Source: Phoronis australis (taxonomy: Eukaryota > Animalia > Phoronida). From it: a stretch of DNA of 64,000 nucleotides. The notes beneath the pieces are model-generated. The model was not told where the DNA came from. It was given only the letters and a program-made list of their open reading frames with translations, and did not search any database. Positions within the stretch are counted from its first letter, which is position 1; each line of letters starts with the position of its first letter. A program made the translations under genes and the position numbers. This document shows, one piece after another, positions 25,831 through 56,072 of this stretch. The DNA is taken from the NCBI GenBank assembly GCA_002633005.1, contig NMRA01000623.1, forward strand, positions 1-64,000, in the 5' to 3' direction.

Positions 25831-25925
25831 AGCCAGCCAGCTAGCCAGCCAGCTAGCCAGCCAGCCAGCCAGCTAGCCAGCCAGCTAGCCAGCCAGCTAG
25901 CCAGCCAGCTAGCTAGCCAGCTTGC
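25812..25925. repeat. (AGCC/AGCT)n compound microsatellite at the junction of two head-to-head family A copies
   Basis: agctagccagccagctagccagccagctagccagccagccagccagct... Confidence 0.95.
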
Positions 25926-26626
25926 TGTATGAAGACAATACTGTTGGGTACCTCTGTGTGTTGAGCTCCGTTAAACCCCGAAATTTGACACAGCCTGGGT
26001 ATTTCTGCTCATCACCTCATCGTTAACTTATAGCATCATGTAGAGCTAATGACTGCTGGGGGTGCATGCAAAACTGGGAGTCAACCGACACTCACCTTGA
26101 CCATTACAGGCATTTAATAGGTGAAAAACAATCTAATAAACATCATTTTCTTGCATAATTCTCTGTATTTTGTAACAAGGGAAAGTCTTTTCACCTTTCT
26201 GAAAACAGTACACGCACACGTGCCATTTCCTAATTTTTTTGCGACATCTCTCGGGAGATGATGCCAGCTTTGCAGCAGCAAACTTTGTTCTGAATTTCGG
26301 TTTGCTGGTATTAAAATACTAAAAACTTATAACGAAATGAAACCAGTTTCGATAATTTGTTGTAACCTTGTGGAAGAAGAATAGTTGATTGAAGAATCGG
26401 CTAAAAGCAATAAGTGACTATATTTCTGCCGACACATAAGATCGCTCCACAATTTTAGCATCAGAATAACAGTAGAAAACTTATTTTTCCAAAACCGGTA
26501 AATGATTTAGTTTACTCGAGGAAGAGCCAGTTTTTAATGACACTAATTCTTTGTCAGATTTTGTCCATTTTTTACTCACATTTTCGCAAAGTTGTACGTT
26601 TAGCATACATCTTTGCACCAAGGCTA
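25920..26626 (+). mobile_element. Element family A copy (forward, more diverged); its 3' half is repeated at 26711-27072 across an N gap
   Basis: gctgtatgaagacaatactg... to ...ctttgcaccaaggcta. N at 26710; 26267-26709 is nearly identical to 26711-~27155 (probable haplotype overlap). Confidence 0.75.
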
Positions 26627-27554
26627 ATGGACGGACTGTTGTGTGTTTTCCATGGATATTTAAAAGAAGCATGTACTCTGGACGTTCGATACTAGTGTTG
26701 AATATCGAGNGCTTTGCAGCAGCAAACTTTGTTCTGAATTTCGGTTTGCTGGTATTAAAATACTAAAAACTTATAACGAAATGAAACCAGTTTCGATAAT
26801 TTGTTGTAACCTTGTGGAAGAAGAATAGTTGATTGAAGAATCAGCTTAAAACAATAAGTGACGCTATATTTCTGCCGACACATAAGATCGCTCCACAATT
26901 TTAGCATCAAAATAACAGTAGAACACTTATTTTTCCAAAACCGGTAAACGATTTAGTTTACTCAAGGAAGAGCCAGTTGTTTATGACACTAATTTTTTGT
27001 CAGATTTTGTCCATTTTTTACTCACATTTTCGTAAAGCTGTATGTTTAGCATACATCTTTGCACCAAGGCTAATGGACAGACTGTTGTGTGTTTTCCATG
27101 GATATTTAAAAGAAGCATGTACTCTGGACGTTCAATACTAGGGTTGAATATCGAGCCCTCTTATCCTCTCAAAAATATTTAAAAATCAGGCGAAATTCCC
27201 CTTATCAAGTCGAAATTTTTCCCTCCAAGCGACCAAAATACCCCTCATGATATACCGGTATATAGCATTGTCATGTAAAGCAATGCAACAAATTAACCTC
27301 ACAAAAATATTTCTCTTCCCACTCTTAGGCAAAAAGTACCCTCCTAGTAAAACACGCCGCAAAAATTCCCCTTTAAAAAGGTACTGGCACCTTTCCCCTC
27401 AGGTGAGTGGGGCCCTGGTATTGTATATTATCTTACTAGCTGTGTGTAGCTGTCTGTTACTGAAGGTTAAAACACAGCTAGTGAACCATGTGGGTAAAAA
27501 TTTAATCAAAGTTGTTTTTTTTCGTTTGCCACAACTATACTTGCTGTTCTCTCA

Positions 27555-28023
27555 CAAATGCAGAAAATTTCACTGACAGCGAGACTTGAACCCGTGTTGC
27601 ACATGTGAGAGCCGAGCATCCAAACCGTTCGTCAAGAGGTAATTGCCTCAAGCGATTTAGAGAGGCTTTATCTAGGTATACGTCACACTCAGAAGTCACT
27701 TGTCACAACACTCCTTATCTGCCTTCTGGCTGCAGGTTTTAGCAGCACCCTAGCGTCCGGGGATTTGCACTCCGCAACACTACCCCTTGTCCTGGAATTT
27801 GCCGTCAGCTAGCTCTCATTTGTTCTGTATCCACCACTACCAGTCTGGCACCCTCTGTTTGNGCTAATGTAGAAAATTTCACCGACTCCAAGATTTGAAC
27901 CAGGTTTGCATGTGTGAAAGTCTAGCATTTTAACGGTTAAGCCAAGAGGCAATTGCCGCTTAGCAAGCAAATTAGAGAGATTTTATCTGGCTGTACATCA
28001 CACCCTAAAGTCACGTGTCACAA
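27555..28023 (-). mobile_element. Two diverged copies (~27555-27710 and ~27865-28023) of a ~160 bp tRNA-derived (SINE-like) repeat
   Basis: Shared aatg(c/t)agaaaatttcac ... ttgaacc ... caagaggYaattgcc ... aagtcacNtgtcacaa. The reverse strand shows a B-box-like ggttcaa and A-box-like tggcttaaccg; no intact cloverleaf. Confidence 0.5.
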
Positions 28024-28523
28024 TAGAATGAAACTTTCATCGAAATCTAGTACACTGTGTGTAGCTGTGAATTATTGACAGCTTATATTTCAGTTGTTCG
28101 ATGATACGTCAAAAAAGATTTCCTCTCGTCAGTTGTAGTCTACAAAAAGCCTGACAATGTAGTTAAGAGCAAGGTCTATTTCTGTAGATGTGTATGTATT
28201 CAGGCTACAATCTGATAATGACAAAGGTCATCTAAAAAACGAGAATTTCTTACAGCTAAAACCCTCCAAAATGGACAATGAAGGTTTTCTCGTAGTTCAA
28301 ATCATTTAAAGTAGTTCCAAACAACTCAAGTATTGGGCGCGTAGCTAATGCTTTTAAAAAAATGCTAAGGTTTTCAATGGAAAAAAGATATCATTTTGTA
28401 CAATATGTTCATACTGCAAACTTGAAAAACAACTGCCATTCACACTGGCACCCTGTTATAATTTTATGACTTGTCGTTTCTGTTACTCTACAGTTGACGA
28501 TAGAGGGGGAGTCCAGTGATGCC

Positions 28524-46355
<17,832 letters not shown>

Positions 46356-46978
46356 CGCTGCCATGGTCTTGGGTAATACCGCGGTGCTGCAAGTGACCCT
46401 AGGGTGTTGTGCAGTGTCACGGTGCTGGGAGTGGCCCTAGGGTGTTGTACAGTGTCACAGGCAAGGCACTTTAATATATTGCTGATGGATACCAAGGATT
46501 TCTGTAGCATTACTGTCATGTTGATCCCAGGTCTCATTTGTGACTCCTTCTGTCTTGGCCAGTGAACTTTAGTGGGAATGTTGAAGTGTTCTGCAGGCTC
46601 ATTGGTTCAGCTTTACTATATTGAATGCCTTGTTTGAGTCTCAGAACATGACAGCTGTGATTTTATAAAAGACTAGTGGAAAGGGAATTAAGACTGGTCA
46701 GGTTTGAGGCCTGGCGCACTTTTCTAAACGAAACTTTTTTTCAGTTTCTGACTACCTGATTCATAACGCATGACTTGCATTGTTTGTGTACAGTTGATTG
46801 AACTTACTAGTGGCTGTACTGCTGTGAATGTTATGTTGATTAAGTAGAGTGTGAGCTTATTAATGGAATATTTTGATGGAAACTTGTTAAATGTATAAGT
46901 TTGCTCCGATGATATGTTTGGTGAACTTGTGATCTGTAACAAGTATCTCTTCAAGTCATGTTATGCATCCTTTTTTTG

Positions 46979-46984
46979 AATAAA
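46979..46984 (+). terminator. Candidate AARS2 polyadenylation signal AATAAA
   Basis: AATAAA ~620 nt after the stop codon, with ATTAAA at 47001. A minus-strand AATAAA (tttatt) at ~47156-47161 could end the convergent Roco transcript. Confidence 0.45.
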
Positions 46985-48543
46985 AATGTTCAATGCTCTT
47001 ATTAAAGCCTTTTGAAATCTGTGTTTACATTAAGTACGTCACAAGATGACAAAAGGGGGCTCTGAAGCAAGCCTGTGTTGAATTGATGCACACTAATCTG
47101 TCTGCGCACAACATTGCTTTATAAAGTAAACAAAATTATCTGTTTTTGTCAAATGTTTATTTGGCACTAGCTCAGCATATTTAAAGCAGCACTGCTGTAA
47201 ACCTGCCTTCTCTCATAGAAACTAACTTTTAAGTTGGACTAGTAACCATTATGAAATTGGTTCTTACACAAAATAAATTCAATTTCTGGACTTGGAGAGA
47301 TTGGACTGACCAAACTCGACAACTTGAATTGTCAGCCTGTGTCATTTCATTCACCAAGAGCATAGTCCCTGGCAATAACCAACTATCATTTCTTTACAAG
47401 ACCAAAAATCACTTGTCTTTGGAGCACACCAGACGATTTTTATAGCGCGAAGTGGCGTAAATCAAAAGTTAGTATCTTCCACAAAACGCAGGCTTATAGC
47501 AGCTGTAACAACTAACAACAATTTTTTATCAGTTGGCATGAATACTTATCACAGTAAAACAACTATCTTGGCACAAACTACTGCCTCATAACATAAGAGT
47601 CTAAAACTAAGTATAGCTGCATTGCTCGTTAATCGTTAACCAACATTTGATACTTCTTAAATGTCAGTTCTAGTTTGTCTGCAACCCTCAGTTGTTTGGA
47701 TCTGTATTAAAGAAACTTGGTGTTTGCAAGTTCAGTAAAGCATTCCATTTAATTGATGCTGTAGGTTCCTTGTAGTAACTGTAAACGAGGTAGATGTTGG
47801 TTGGAATAGTACACAATCGTTTTTGCTGGGGTTACACAGAAAAGCAGGTTACGTAGTCGACTGTGTGTGCAGTTGCATCAGCAATGAAGACTTCAGCCTC
47901 GTTGGCTCGGTTTGCATTCACGGACAGACCACTCAGAACGCCTGTTGAGCTGCAGTGTTTTGAAACCAATGATTGGTTTTCACGATAACATGCGGCATAG
48001 GTAAAAGTTGCCGTTGTGATGGATATTGACATTTTACAATGTAACTGCTATGGTATGCATACTCCCTGATTTGGTGTAGAGACTTCACTAAAAAGTTCAC
48101 ACCTATGTCTGTGCAACGTTAAATTTAAAGCGGCTTTAAACCCACGTTCCCTTCTAGAAGCGAACTTTTAATTTGGACCACTTGGGGCCACAAAATTGGG
48201 TCTGATTTGTCCCCTATTTAGGGGCAAAGTGATTTTTGGGTTTGCAGAGAACTTACAGTTCATTATTGTTTGAGATCATGCTCCACTCAAAAAATAACTC
48301 GCGATGACAACTTGTAGACACTGTAAGTCCTCTGGAAGCCCTTGAATCATCTTGCAGTCCATTTTAACTCAGGAACAATTTGAGACCAATTTCATAATGG
48401 TAAGTGGTCTAAATCTGAAGCTGGTTTTTTGTGTTGGAAGGCAGATTTATTGCCGCTTTTCAAAGAATATTCCCGAGTTTTGATCCTTTTCATGGAGAGG
48501 TAATTGTGAACGTCTGTACAGACTGGAGACCACACGAAGGCGA

Positions 48544-51500
48544 TCAGTCGCTGTCGTCTTCCTGAACGTCGCCGTACTTGGCACGTGCTTGGCGCATCAA
48601 TTTCTTGTAAGCCGCCTTGCGCGCTTGCAGTTTCTGCGCAATAATCCATAGTGCTTCAACTGAAAGACAAGGAATAAAATATTTTTGCAAAACCGCTTTC
48701 TTTGGAGGTATTGCTGGTGTTGTCGCCAAGTACTGGGGGAACTTTGTTGTTGCGTTTCATGGAATTTGACTTTATAATTTGGCGTAGGCCTACTTGCAGC
48801 TGTAAATTGCTGTTTACCCCACTCATGCACACTTAACTGACAGCACACCAGCAAAACCACACCGCAAGCGTTAGAACAATGAACGGATATAGTACATGCA
48901 AGATACTTTCCTAAATGTACGCAAAACGAATGAAGGCCCTAACCTGTTACTTGTCTATTGATGTCAAGATTCGAACTCCTGAAATGATGCATGGTATTTT
49001 CAGTTTTTTGTTTGTTTTTTCTTGGTGTTGTTTTCCAACAAGCGTGGAATGTCTTGTCGGGAATATTTGGGATGATTATAGCTGCTGCTCCCAAACTGCA
49101 CGTCGTCTGCCACATTTTCTGACCAAATCTCGTTTAGGTCGAGTGAGCTGTCAATCTGTTTACAAAATGCACTCTTGGTAAAAACGCCAGAAGGCGCTTT
49201 TTGAAAAGTAGTCATTTGGGCTCCTTTTGGGCAATGAACTGAACTGGTTATGGCCAGTCTCTCATTATTTTTGAAAACTCATTATGTTGCTTGTCAAACC
49301 GTACTAAGTAGTTACTAGCTTACCACATAACACGCCACTCCAGCTCCACGTACAACAATGAGCGCTGTCAATCACGATCACGTTGCTTAGCCACTCGAAC
49401 ACGTGCGGTGATGTCAACCATCAGGACCCTTGATGTGCCTGTGCAGTTAGTCAAAGCACCAGTACAGGAAAGGTTTAGTAAGGCATTTTAGCAGTCAGGA
49501 GGCCTTTTGCCGTGAGACGCCATTCAGGGTGTGCCATTTTTCTTTAGTTCCAAAATTATTGTTTCGTTATTTCGTTTTGAAACAGTTAGATGCCTTCAGC
49601 TACCACGAGTGGCGTGCACGTCTCTCGCCTGGCCTTGCGTTAACAGCAGAGAAACAAGTTACGAAGATTAGTAAAATGTCTGGGGTACTCACATCTATTG
49701 GGTTTACGAGGGTGTCGTTGGAAAGGATTTCATGTTTAACAAACAAGAGCAACACTGAGCGTTGATATACACCCACCGTATGCATCGCATACATCGTAGA
49801 TACAAGAGATGATGGGTGTAATATCGTCTCAAATAGAATTTTTTTGTCAAATTTCACGAAAATCCGTCGAGGGATTCTGGAGATATAGCAAAAAGGTAAA
49901 AGAAAAAAATTTCTTCTGAAAGTCAGTCCATCTATTCCGTCTCTTTCATACGTTTATCAAATTTAACAAGTTCCTGCAAGGGGTTCACGCGATACAGCCG
50001 CGGATGCAAGCAAAAAGCTGCCCCTAGGAGGCGCTACAGTAGTCGGAGCCGTCCGAGTCAAATTTCATAATCCTTAGAGTGGTTTAGCTGATAGGTCACA
50101 GACGCGAAAGCAGTAAAACGGTGGCACAGAATATTTCAATTCTATCCGAAAGCGAGAAGGCGTCGTGGACACACCAGTTGTCGGATCCGTCTGAAAATTC
50201 GTTCATGCCGTCCCATGATTCGAAAACAAGTCTGCAAAATTTTACGAACATCCATCGAGAGGTTTTGGAGATGCAGCGAGCGCCAGACGGAAGGACCGGG
50301 GATAACGACATAATGCACTTACAATGTGGATGCATAAAAATGTGTCAGAGCAATATTTTCATAAATCGAAAATGTCAGAACATGCCATACTATACAGATA
50401 CTGTAAGTAGCCTATTTCAGCGACACCAGACTCGTATACGTTGATTGCGAGTACCCCTAGGGTAATATGAGAGAGAAAGAAGGAGGGTACAGAGGCATGG
50501 CATGGTCAGACACATGCAACAATCTACCTTTGGCGTTAGTTACAACTCACACTGGCAGTACTACACTAACACAGAATCTATATTACAGTAGAAACGTAAG
50601 CAATGCTTTAGCTTGCTTTACGTTGTTAGACGACACAAACTTAAAGCAAACAGCACAGACTATATACTACACTGCTTAACACACGTACTACAGATCCCTT
50701 TTACGTTAGATCAGAATTATGCACGGTACGCCAAAGTTGGGAGAAACTAAATGTCGAGTACAGAATACCGACACTAGTCAGGATGAAGAGGAGTTGACCG
50801 TTTGGATTTCGATTTCTGCTTGGAAAAGTGGCGAAGTTTAGTGGAAGGTTTTGTGGGAGCGTAATCTAGGACTGATTGTGGAAAATTATGCGTGTGGTGA
50901 AAGTGAAGAAAAAAAGAAAAAATATGATTATTAGATGACATCAAAACAGAAGCTTAAACAAATCATTGTTTTACAGGTGAAGACAACATTGAAAAGTTCG
51001 GAAATGTAACTTGAACTGATAAAAAAGTAATTTTCTTTGAATACGACACTGCTCTAATCTATGCGAATGAGAAATCGTTTTGAAGCGTGTTATTATCGTC
51101 ACAAATTATCGCTACGAATACAAAATGGATTACACGGCAAGCTAGGTTTGACATAGACAAGGATCTATGGAGGATTTTCTATAGTGGAAGAAGCTATGCC
51201 GAAAAGAAAGATGTATTATTTTCTTCCTTGCTGATGCTTTAATTTGCCGACTGCTGTAGGCGTTGGTCTAGTTTTGTTCTCTGAAGTGGTTCCGTGCCGC
51301 TTAAGTTTACTCAAATTCAGACCTGTTTTCTTCGCTTTGGGTTGGACTAGGAAGACCGTGGGTATGCTCTTTTCGCATGCTTCACAAGTACGTTGACTGA
51401 CAGCTTGAAGGTCCTTTGGTGTCATCCATTCGCCAAGGAAGGATGTCTTGAAGCACGCAGGGCAAGCTGTGTATCTTTCAAACCGTATACCTGAACAACA

Positions 51501-54500
51501 AGTGATGAATGGTTCTCAGTATTAATAAATACAGTGTCCTAATTGTTGAATGATTTATTACACCTTTACAGAAATACTCTTGCATGTAATTTGACGAATA
51601 ACTTTGAGGTGGGGATTTTAAATCTATTGCTTTCTTCATCTGATGGACTTGCACGCGTTTACTTAAATAAAACTTACTGGTAAATTTAGTGCGTTTGAAA
51701 TTGCTGATCGCTGCTAATTAAAATTTTACTGTTCACAATCGTTTTATTTCAAGTAGGTCCATTTGTTGGAGACACGCACGGTCAAACAAGATTATTTTCT
51801 CAAACAAGACTTGGGGAAAACTTCAAATTGATATGAAGCATTTGTTGGTTTAGTTATTTCCAATCGTAGACACAAACCTGCATACAGTTTGATGATATCC
51901 TCAACATCGCACAAAAGCGGATACAAGACATTCCACAGTTCGCTGACTTCTTGTTCATCCTCCAGCAAGGTGTCGCTTCTGATCTCGAGCCTCATTATGG
52001 CTGCGGCGGTGTCGTGTTGACTTCGCTCGCACGTGAAAAGAAGGCGTACTTTCTTCTCAATGTGCTGTACGTGCATTCCACAGTCCCATTGATCTAAAAT
52101 AGTCAGGTTATGCTTCTTGACACTGGCTTTGACAGAGAACTGGTGAAAAAATCCTGGCGGACAGTATCGCGGGAAACGGTACACTGTTGCTATTCGCGTG
52201 TGGTCTCTAAAGGCATCCCATTCTTCGTCAACGTGTTGTGGTTTTCTCACCTTGCGGCACCATGGAATGAGGAGGCGAGAAATGCGAGGGGGTGGCGTTG
52301 TTGAAAGAGACGTGGAACGTTCAGATTGACTGTTTTCTCGACCCTGTGTTTTGTTTGTCGCTGAGGACGGGGTTGGTGTTTCGGAATCCGGCGTTGCCGC
52401 CGAAATGGAATCCTGCGATTGTCTTTGATTTTCTCTGTTAGTGATCTTGGTGCTGTTGTTGTTTCCGTCTTTTTGTGAAGATGCAGAGCCCACTCGTTCA
52501 CTTTTATGACTAGAAGATGGCCTCGATGATTCCATTTCTGTTTGCGATTGCGTTTGACTGGAAGAGTGGTCTTTCGGTTGCTGTGCAACAAACGGCTCAA
52601 ACCGTCCGAGTTTACCCTTCTTTCCGACTGCATAGCCGAGCTGCAAATGGTCAGCAATGATGCTGATGCACTCGTTTAACTGACTGCTTGTTTTAATGGC
52701 CAACTTGTTCCACAGACATTTCATGAGATCTCTCTCTAGCACCCCGTCGTTCAACAAGTCACTTTTCAAGCGGTCGAACCTGAAATAACACGTATAGTGC
52801 AACAAGTGACGTTTTGACCATTCGAATGATATTCTTTGTAACTGTAGTTGAGATATCTCACCTTATATGTCGTAAGTTTAATTGTACTCGACCGGGAACA
52901 AATAGTACTGTAACAGTGTAACCCTAAAGGACTTGGACCTTTTTGACAGTAATTATGATTTACACCTGATGCGATTTTTATCTGGGACTTAAAACAGGCT
53001 CTAAAGACATGTTTAAGTTCAAAAGAAAACTCCCAAGTTTAGTGATACACTAGTTTAAAGAGTCGTTTTGCGTAGGCTTTTGTGTGAAGCAACGGCTGCA
53101 AATCCCGTTGCATTACCTGAAGCGGTTCATTCCCATCAGCCGGAATGTGTCATCAGTGACGTAGTCTATCGATGTCTCTACGTCGTGCCGAATGACGTCA
53201 CTGAGTACGCAGTGAAGCCATGGAGGTCGCAGGAAGACCAGTCTAGAAAGTTTTTTATTTTGGCCAAACCATAGAATTTTCCCTGAAAATATAAAAGTTG
53301 AGCTCGTACAAGTCGGTTCACAATAACGCCATTGCCGTAACACAGGAAAGCGAATATACATGCAATTAAAGCACTAGATTCCGCAATTCCTACTCATTAG
53401 ACAGTCAAGGCTGTTAGTGATGAAGGTAACAAAATGCATTCTACACAATCGCTTATACCAGAAAGACATAGTCTTCCTGCATGCGTATACTAAGATACAA
53501 AAGTTTACTAAACGTTCTTACTCCTCGCCAAGTTGTTAAGTTATTTACCAGAATTGTGAAGGTATTTAGTGATGTTGTCCAGCAGGTGGCGCATGCCGAA
53601 CTTCTGGGTGATCTTCTCCTCGTACTCGTCCCAGGAAATGACGGGCACTACCAGAGAGTTCCCGAGGTCCTCCATATAGTTGTCAACATTTCCCCACAAA
53701 GACGGGATCAGCTGCATCACATCCGGAAACATCTATATTGAAAACAACAAACGAATTATTTGCAGAAGCACACATAGCATACAGTGCTTCGATTCTGTTT
53801 TTATTTTGAAACTATAATCTTTGACGGGCGTTGGAAGAAATCTGTGTCCAGTGTTGAGCCTTGTTCATGTTGTCTATACAGTGTACGACGATTCGCTTTA
53901 ACATGGAGAAAAATATACATACCTTTTGATTCTGACTGGCAATTTCGAGGCCTTTTTGGAGGTCGTCGAAACCGTCGAAATCTTTTGAGCTGCACGTGAT
54001 GATAGATCCGTGAATAGCCACGCTGAAAGACTTGACCAGATTCATGTAATATCGCAGCTGCTCAGTTAAGGATGGTGATATCTTTGGACGACTTTCTATT
54101 AGCTTAATTTCGTGTTCAATACCAGCTTGATAATCTTTGATGTAAAGGTCGATTCTTTGTGATAATTCTTCCTGTATGTGGTGAATCTGATCGGGACTCA
54201 CCTGGTCCTTGTGCGTCCCCACCAGAAGAAGTGGCAGTTTGTTATTCTTACAGATCAGCCAATCTATGTATGTGCCGACGTTTTTCTTGAAGTCCTTCGC
54301 ATCGTACGTCGCCAGGTTGAACGCGAGCATGACGAGACAATTTGAGTCGACGAACTGTGTATGAGAATTGAGATAAAACGGGTCTCCAGACGTGTCCCAT
54401 ATAGAGAGATGTAATGTCTTCCGCTCTAATCCTTCTTCTGCCAATTCAATAGAGAAGTCGGACGCTTCCATTCCGACTGTAGCGTCTTGTTCCTCGGTCA

Positions 54501-55782
54501 GACGCGACTGCCCGTCGACAAGAGATTGTACGAGGCTCGTTTTACCACACTGCGGCGCGCCTAACACGATCACTTTAATTCCCTGGTATATTTTTCTGTC
54601 AACATTTTCTTCCATAAAGAAATGAATCATGGATTTGAGGCCTCCTTCACAAACATCTATAGACGGTGAAACGAGAGGGTTGTCTGACATCATCAGTTCT
54701 GTATCTGTTTTCCAGTCGAAGCGCCGGATGACGTCACCATTGACGCGCTTTATGAGATTGCTACAAAGGTCTAATCTGTCAACGTAAAGGAGCAGGAACT
54801 CGGGCATTCGAATGATTTGATTGTTGGACAGGTCGACACTCGCTATCCTACGATCAACTCTATTACGAGCACTTAAAGTAGGCACTCGTTGAATCATGTT
54901 ATTGCTCGCGTCCAACACTTCCAAACAAGGCAGTTGAAATAACTCCGCAGGAATGGTAGTTAATTTATTGTTCGAGATGTCGAGTTCTCTCAACACTTTA
55001 AGAAAGCGAACGTCTTTAGGAATTTCCCGAATCAGGTTGTCGTTACAATCGAGAATTTCTAATCTCCTTAGCACCAGGACCTCACGTATCACACTAGTCA
55101 ACTGGTTTCGTCCTACAGAAAGACATTTCAGTTTTTTTAACTTTTCCAATCCTCTGATGTTCTCAAGCTTGTTGTCCCCTAAGTAAAGACGACTTAGGTT
55201 TTTCATTCGTTTTATCACACCGGGAATCTCTTGTAGGTGGTTTCCATAAAGGTTTAGTTCGACTAGATTGGGTAACTCGGCTAAACATTCAGGTAGACTG
55301 TCCTCGGATAATGAATTGAAACTGAAGTCGAGTTTTTCAAGTTCTTTCAATCCTGAAACCATTTCTTCACTTATCGTCTCCAACTTTAAGTTATTTACGT
55401 CAAGTCTTTTAAGAGATGCTGAAAGAGCTTGGACCTTTTCTATTGTCGAATCGTCAACCTTGAGCAGACGAAGTGATACCGCACGTTCCTTCTTGGCAGA
55501 TGGTAACCTTTGGGGATGTAGATGTCGTCCGCCTCGATATGCCATGCTCACCATGGGATGTACTTCATCAAATGTCAAGGGCGCTGGAGCCTCTTCGGAT
55601 GATGCGCGCTCAGGAATCTTCCTATTTGTCGAACGTGGTGACTGGGGTGATTTGGGCGCATGGTCGACTCCAAGGGTGTTTTTGTTTCGCCGAGGACTTT
55701 GGGACTTCGCTTTAAGCGACGTCCCGTGTGATTTCGACGGCATGTCGGCAGTAGAAACCCTAGGTGATTTTGACGGTTTCAT
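48544..55782 (-). CDS. MFHAS1/MASL1-like Roco protein (LRR-Roc-COR plus CxxC..CxxC tail, no kinase), ~1130 aa; exons 55782(acceptor 55807)-53923, 53732-53549, 53282-53117, 52779-51878, 51490-51323, terminal exon 48659-48544 (alternatives 50871-50774 or read-through to 51216)
   Basis: About ten LxxLxLxxNxL repeats ending NPLVSPSIDVCEGGL. Roc GTPase motifs are GAPQCGKTSL, TVG, WDTSGD and LVGTHKD; COR motifs are YLHNSGKILWF, VFLRPPWL, LIPW and FPRYCPPGFF, followed by CPAC and CEAC. Splice phases are consistent. The start ATG and terminal exon are uncertain. Confidence 0.85.
49741..50340 (-). mobile_element. Helentron-associated non-autonomous element (DINE-1/HINE-like, ~600 bp)
   Basis: Minus strand begins TTTTTATGCATCCAC, followed by GTCC-type microsatellite remnants and internally repeated blocks (aaatttcacgaaaatccgtcgag / aattttacgaacatccatcgag). 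It ends with subterminal IR gtgggtgtata, a small hairpin caacgct-c-agtgttg, and CTCTTGTT. Confidence 0.55.
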
Positions 55783-55936
55783 TACCCGCCCTAACTCGTT
55801 ATCGCTCCTGTAAAGATATAATAGGAAAATCTGAGTTCGTAAAAATGATATTTCTTTGAAATGTTTGAGACCATCTTTTTCATATATTGCTTTGTTGTGA
55901 GCCATGTAATATTTTAAATAATGTATTAATAGCTTC

Positions 55937-56072
55937 CGGGCCTGTATCGGTAGGCCTGCAGCGTGCCTTAATCGATAGGTCTAATTTGTGCCAGTGTCGG
56001 TGGTTCAGCGGAGGGCCTGTGTCAGTAGGCCTGCGTCGGACCTGTATCGGTAGGCCTTTGGCGGACCTGTAT
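55937..56072. repeat. Short repeated cctgtatcggtaggcct units upstream of the Roco large exon
   Basis: gggcctgtatcggtaggcctgc, gggcctgtgtcagtaggcctgc and gacctgtatcggtaggcct. Confidence 0.6.

Noticed and set aside
49000-49118. Fourth possible phase-1 terminal exon for the Roco gene (ENVADDVQF...KQTKN*)
   Set aside because: The acceptor lacks a pyrimidine tract; support is too weak.
55268-55813. 181 aa plus-strand ORF
   Set aside because: Antisense shadow of the Roco coding exon.
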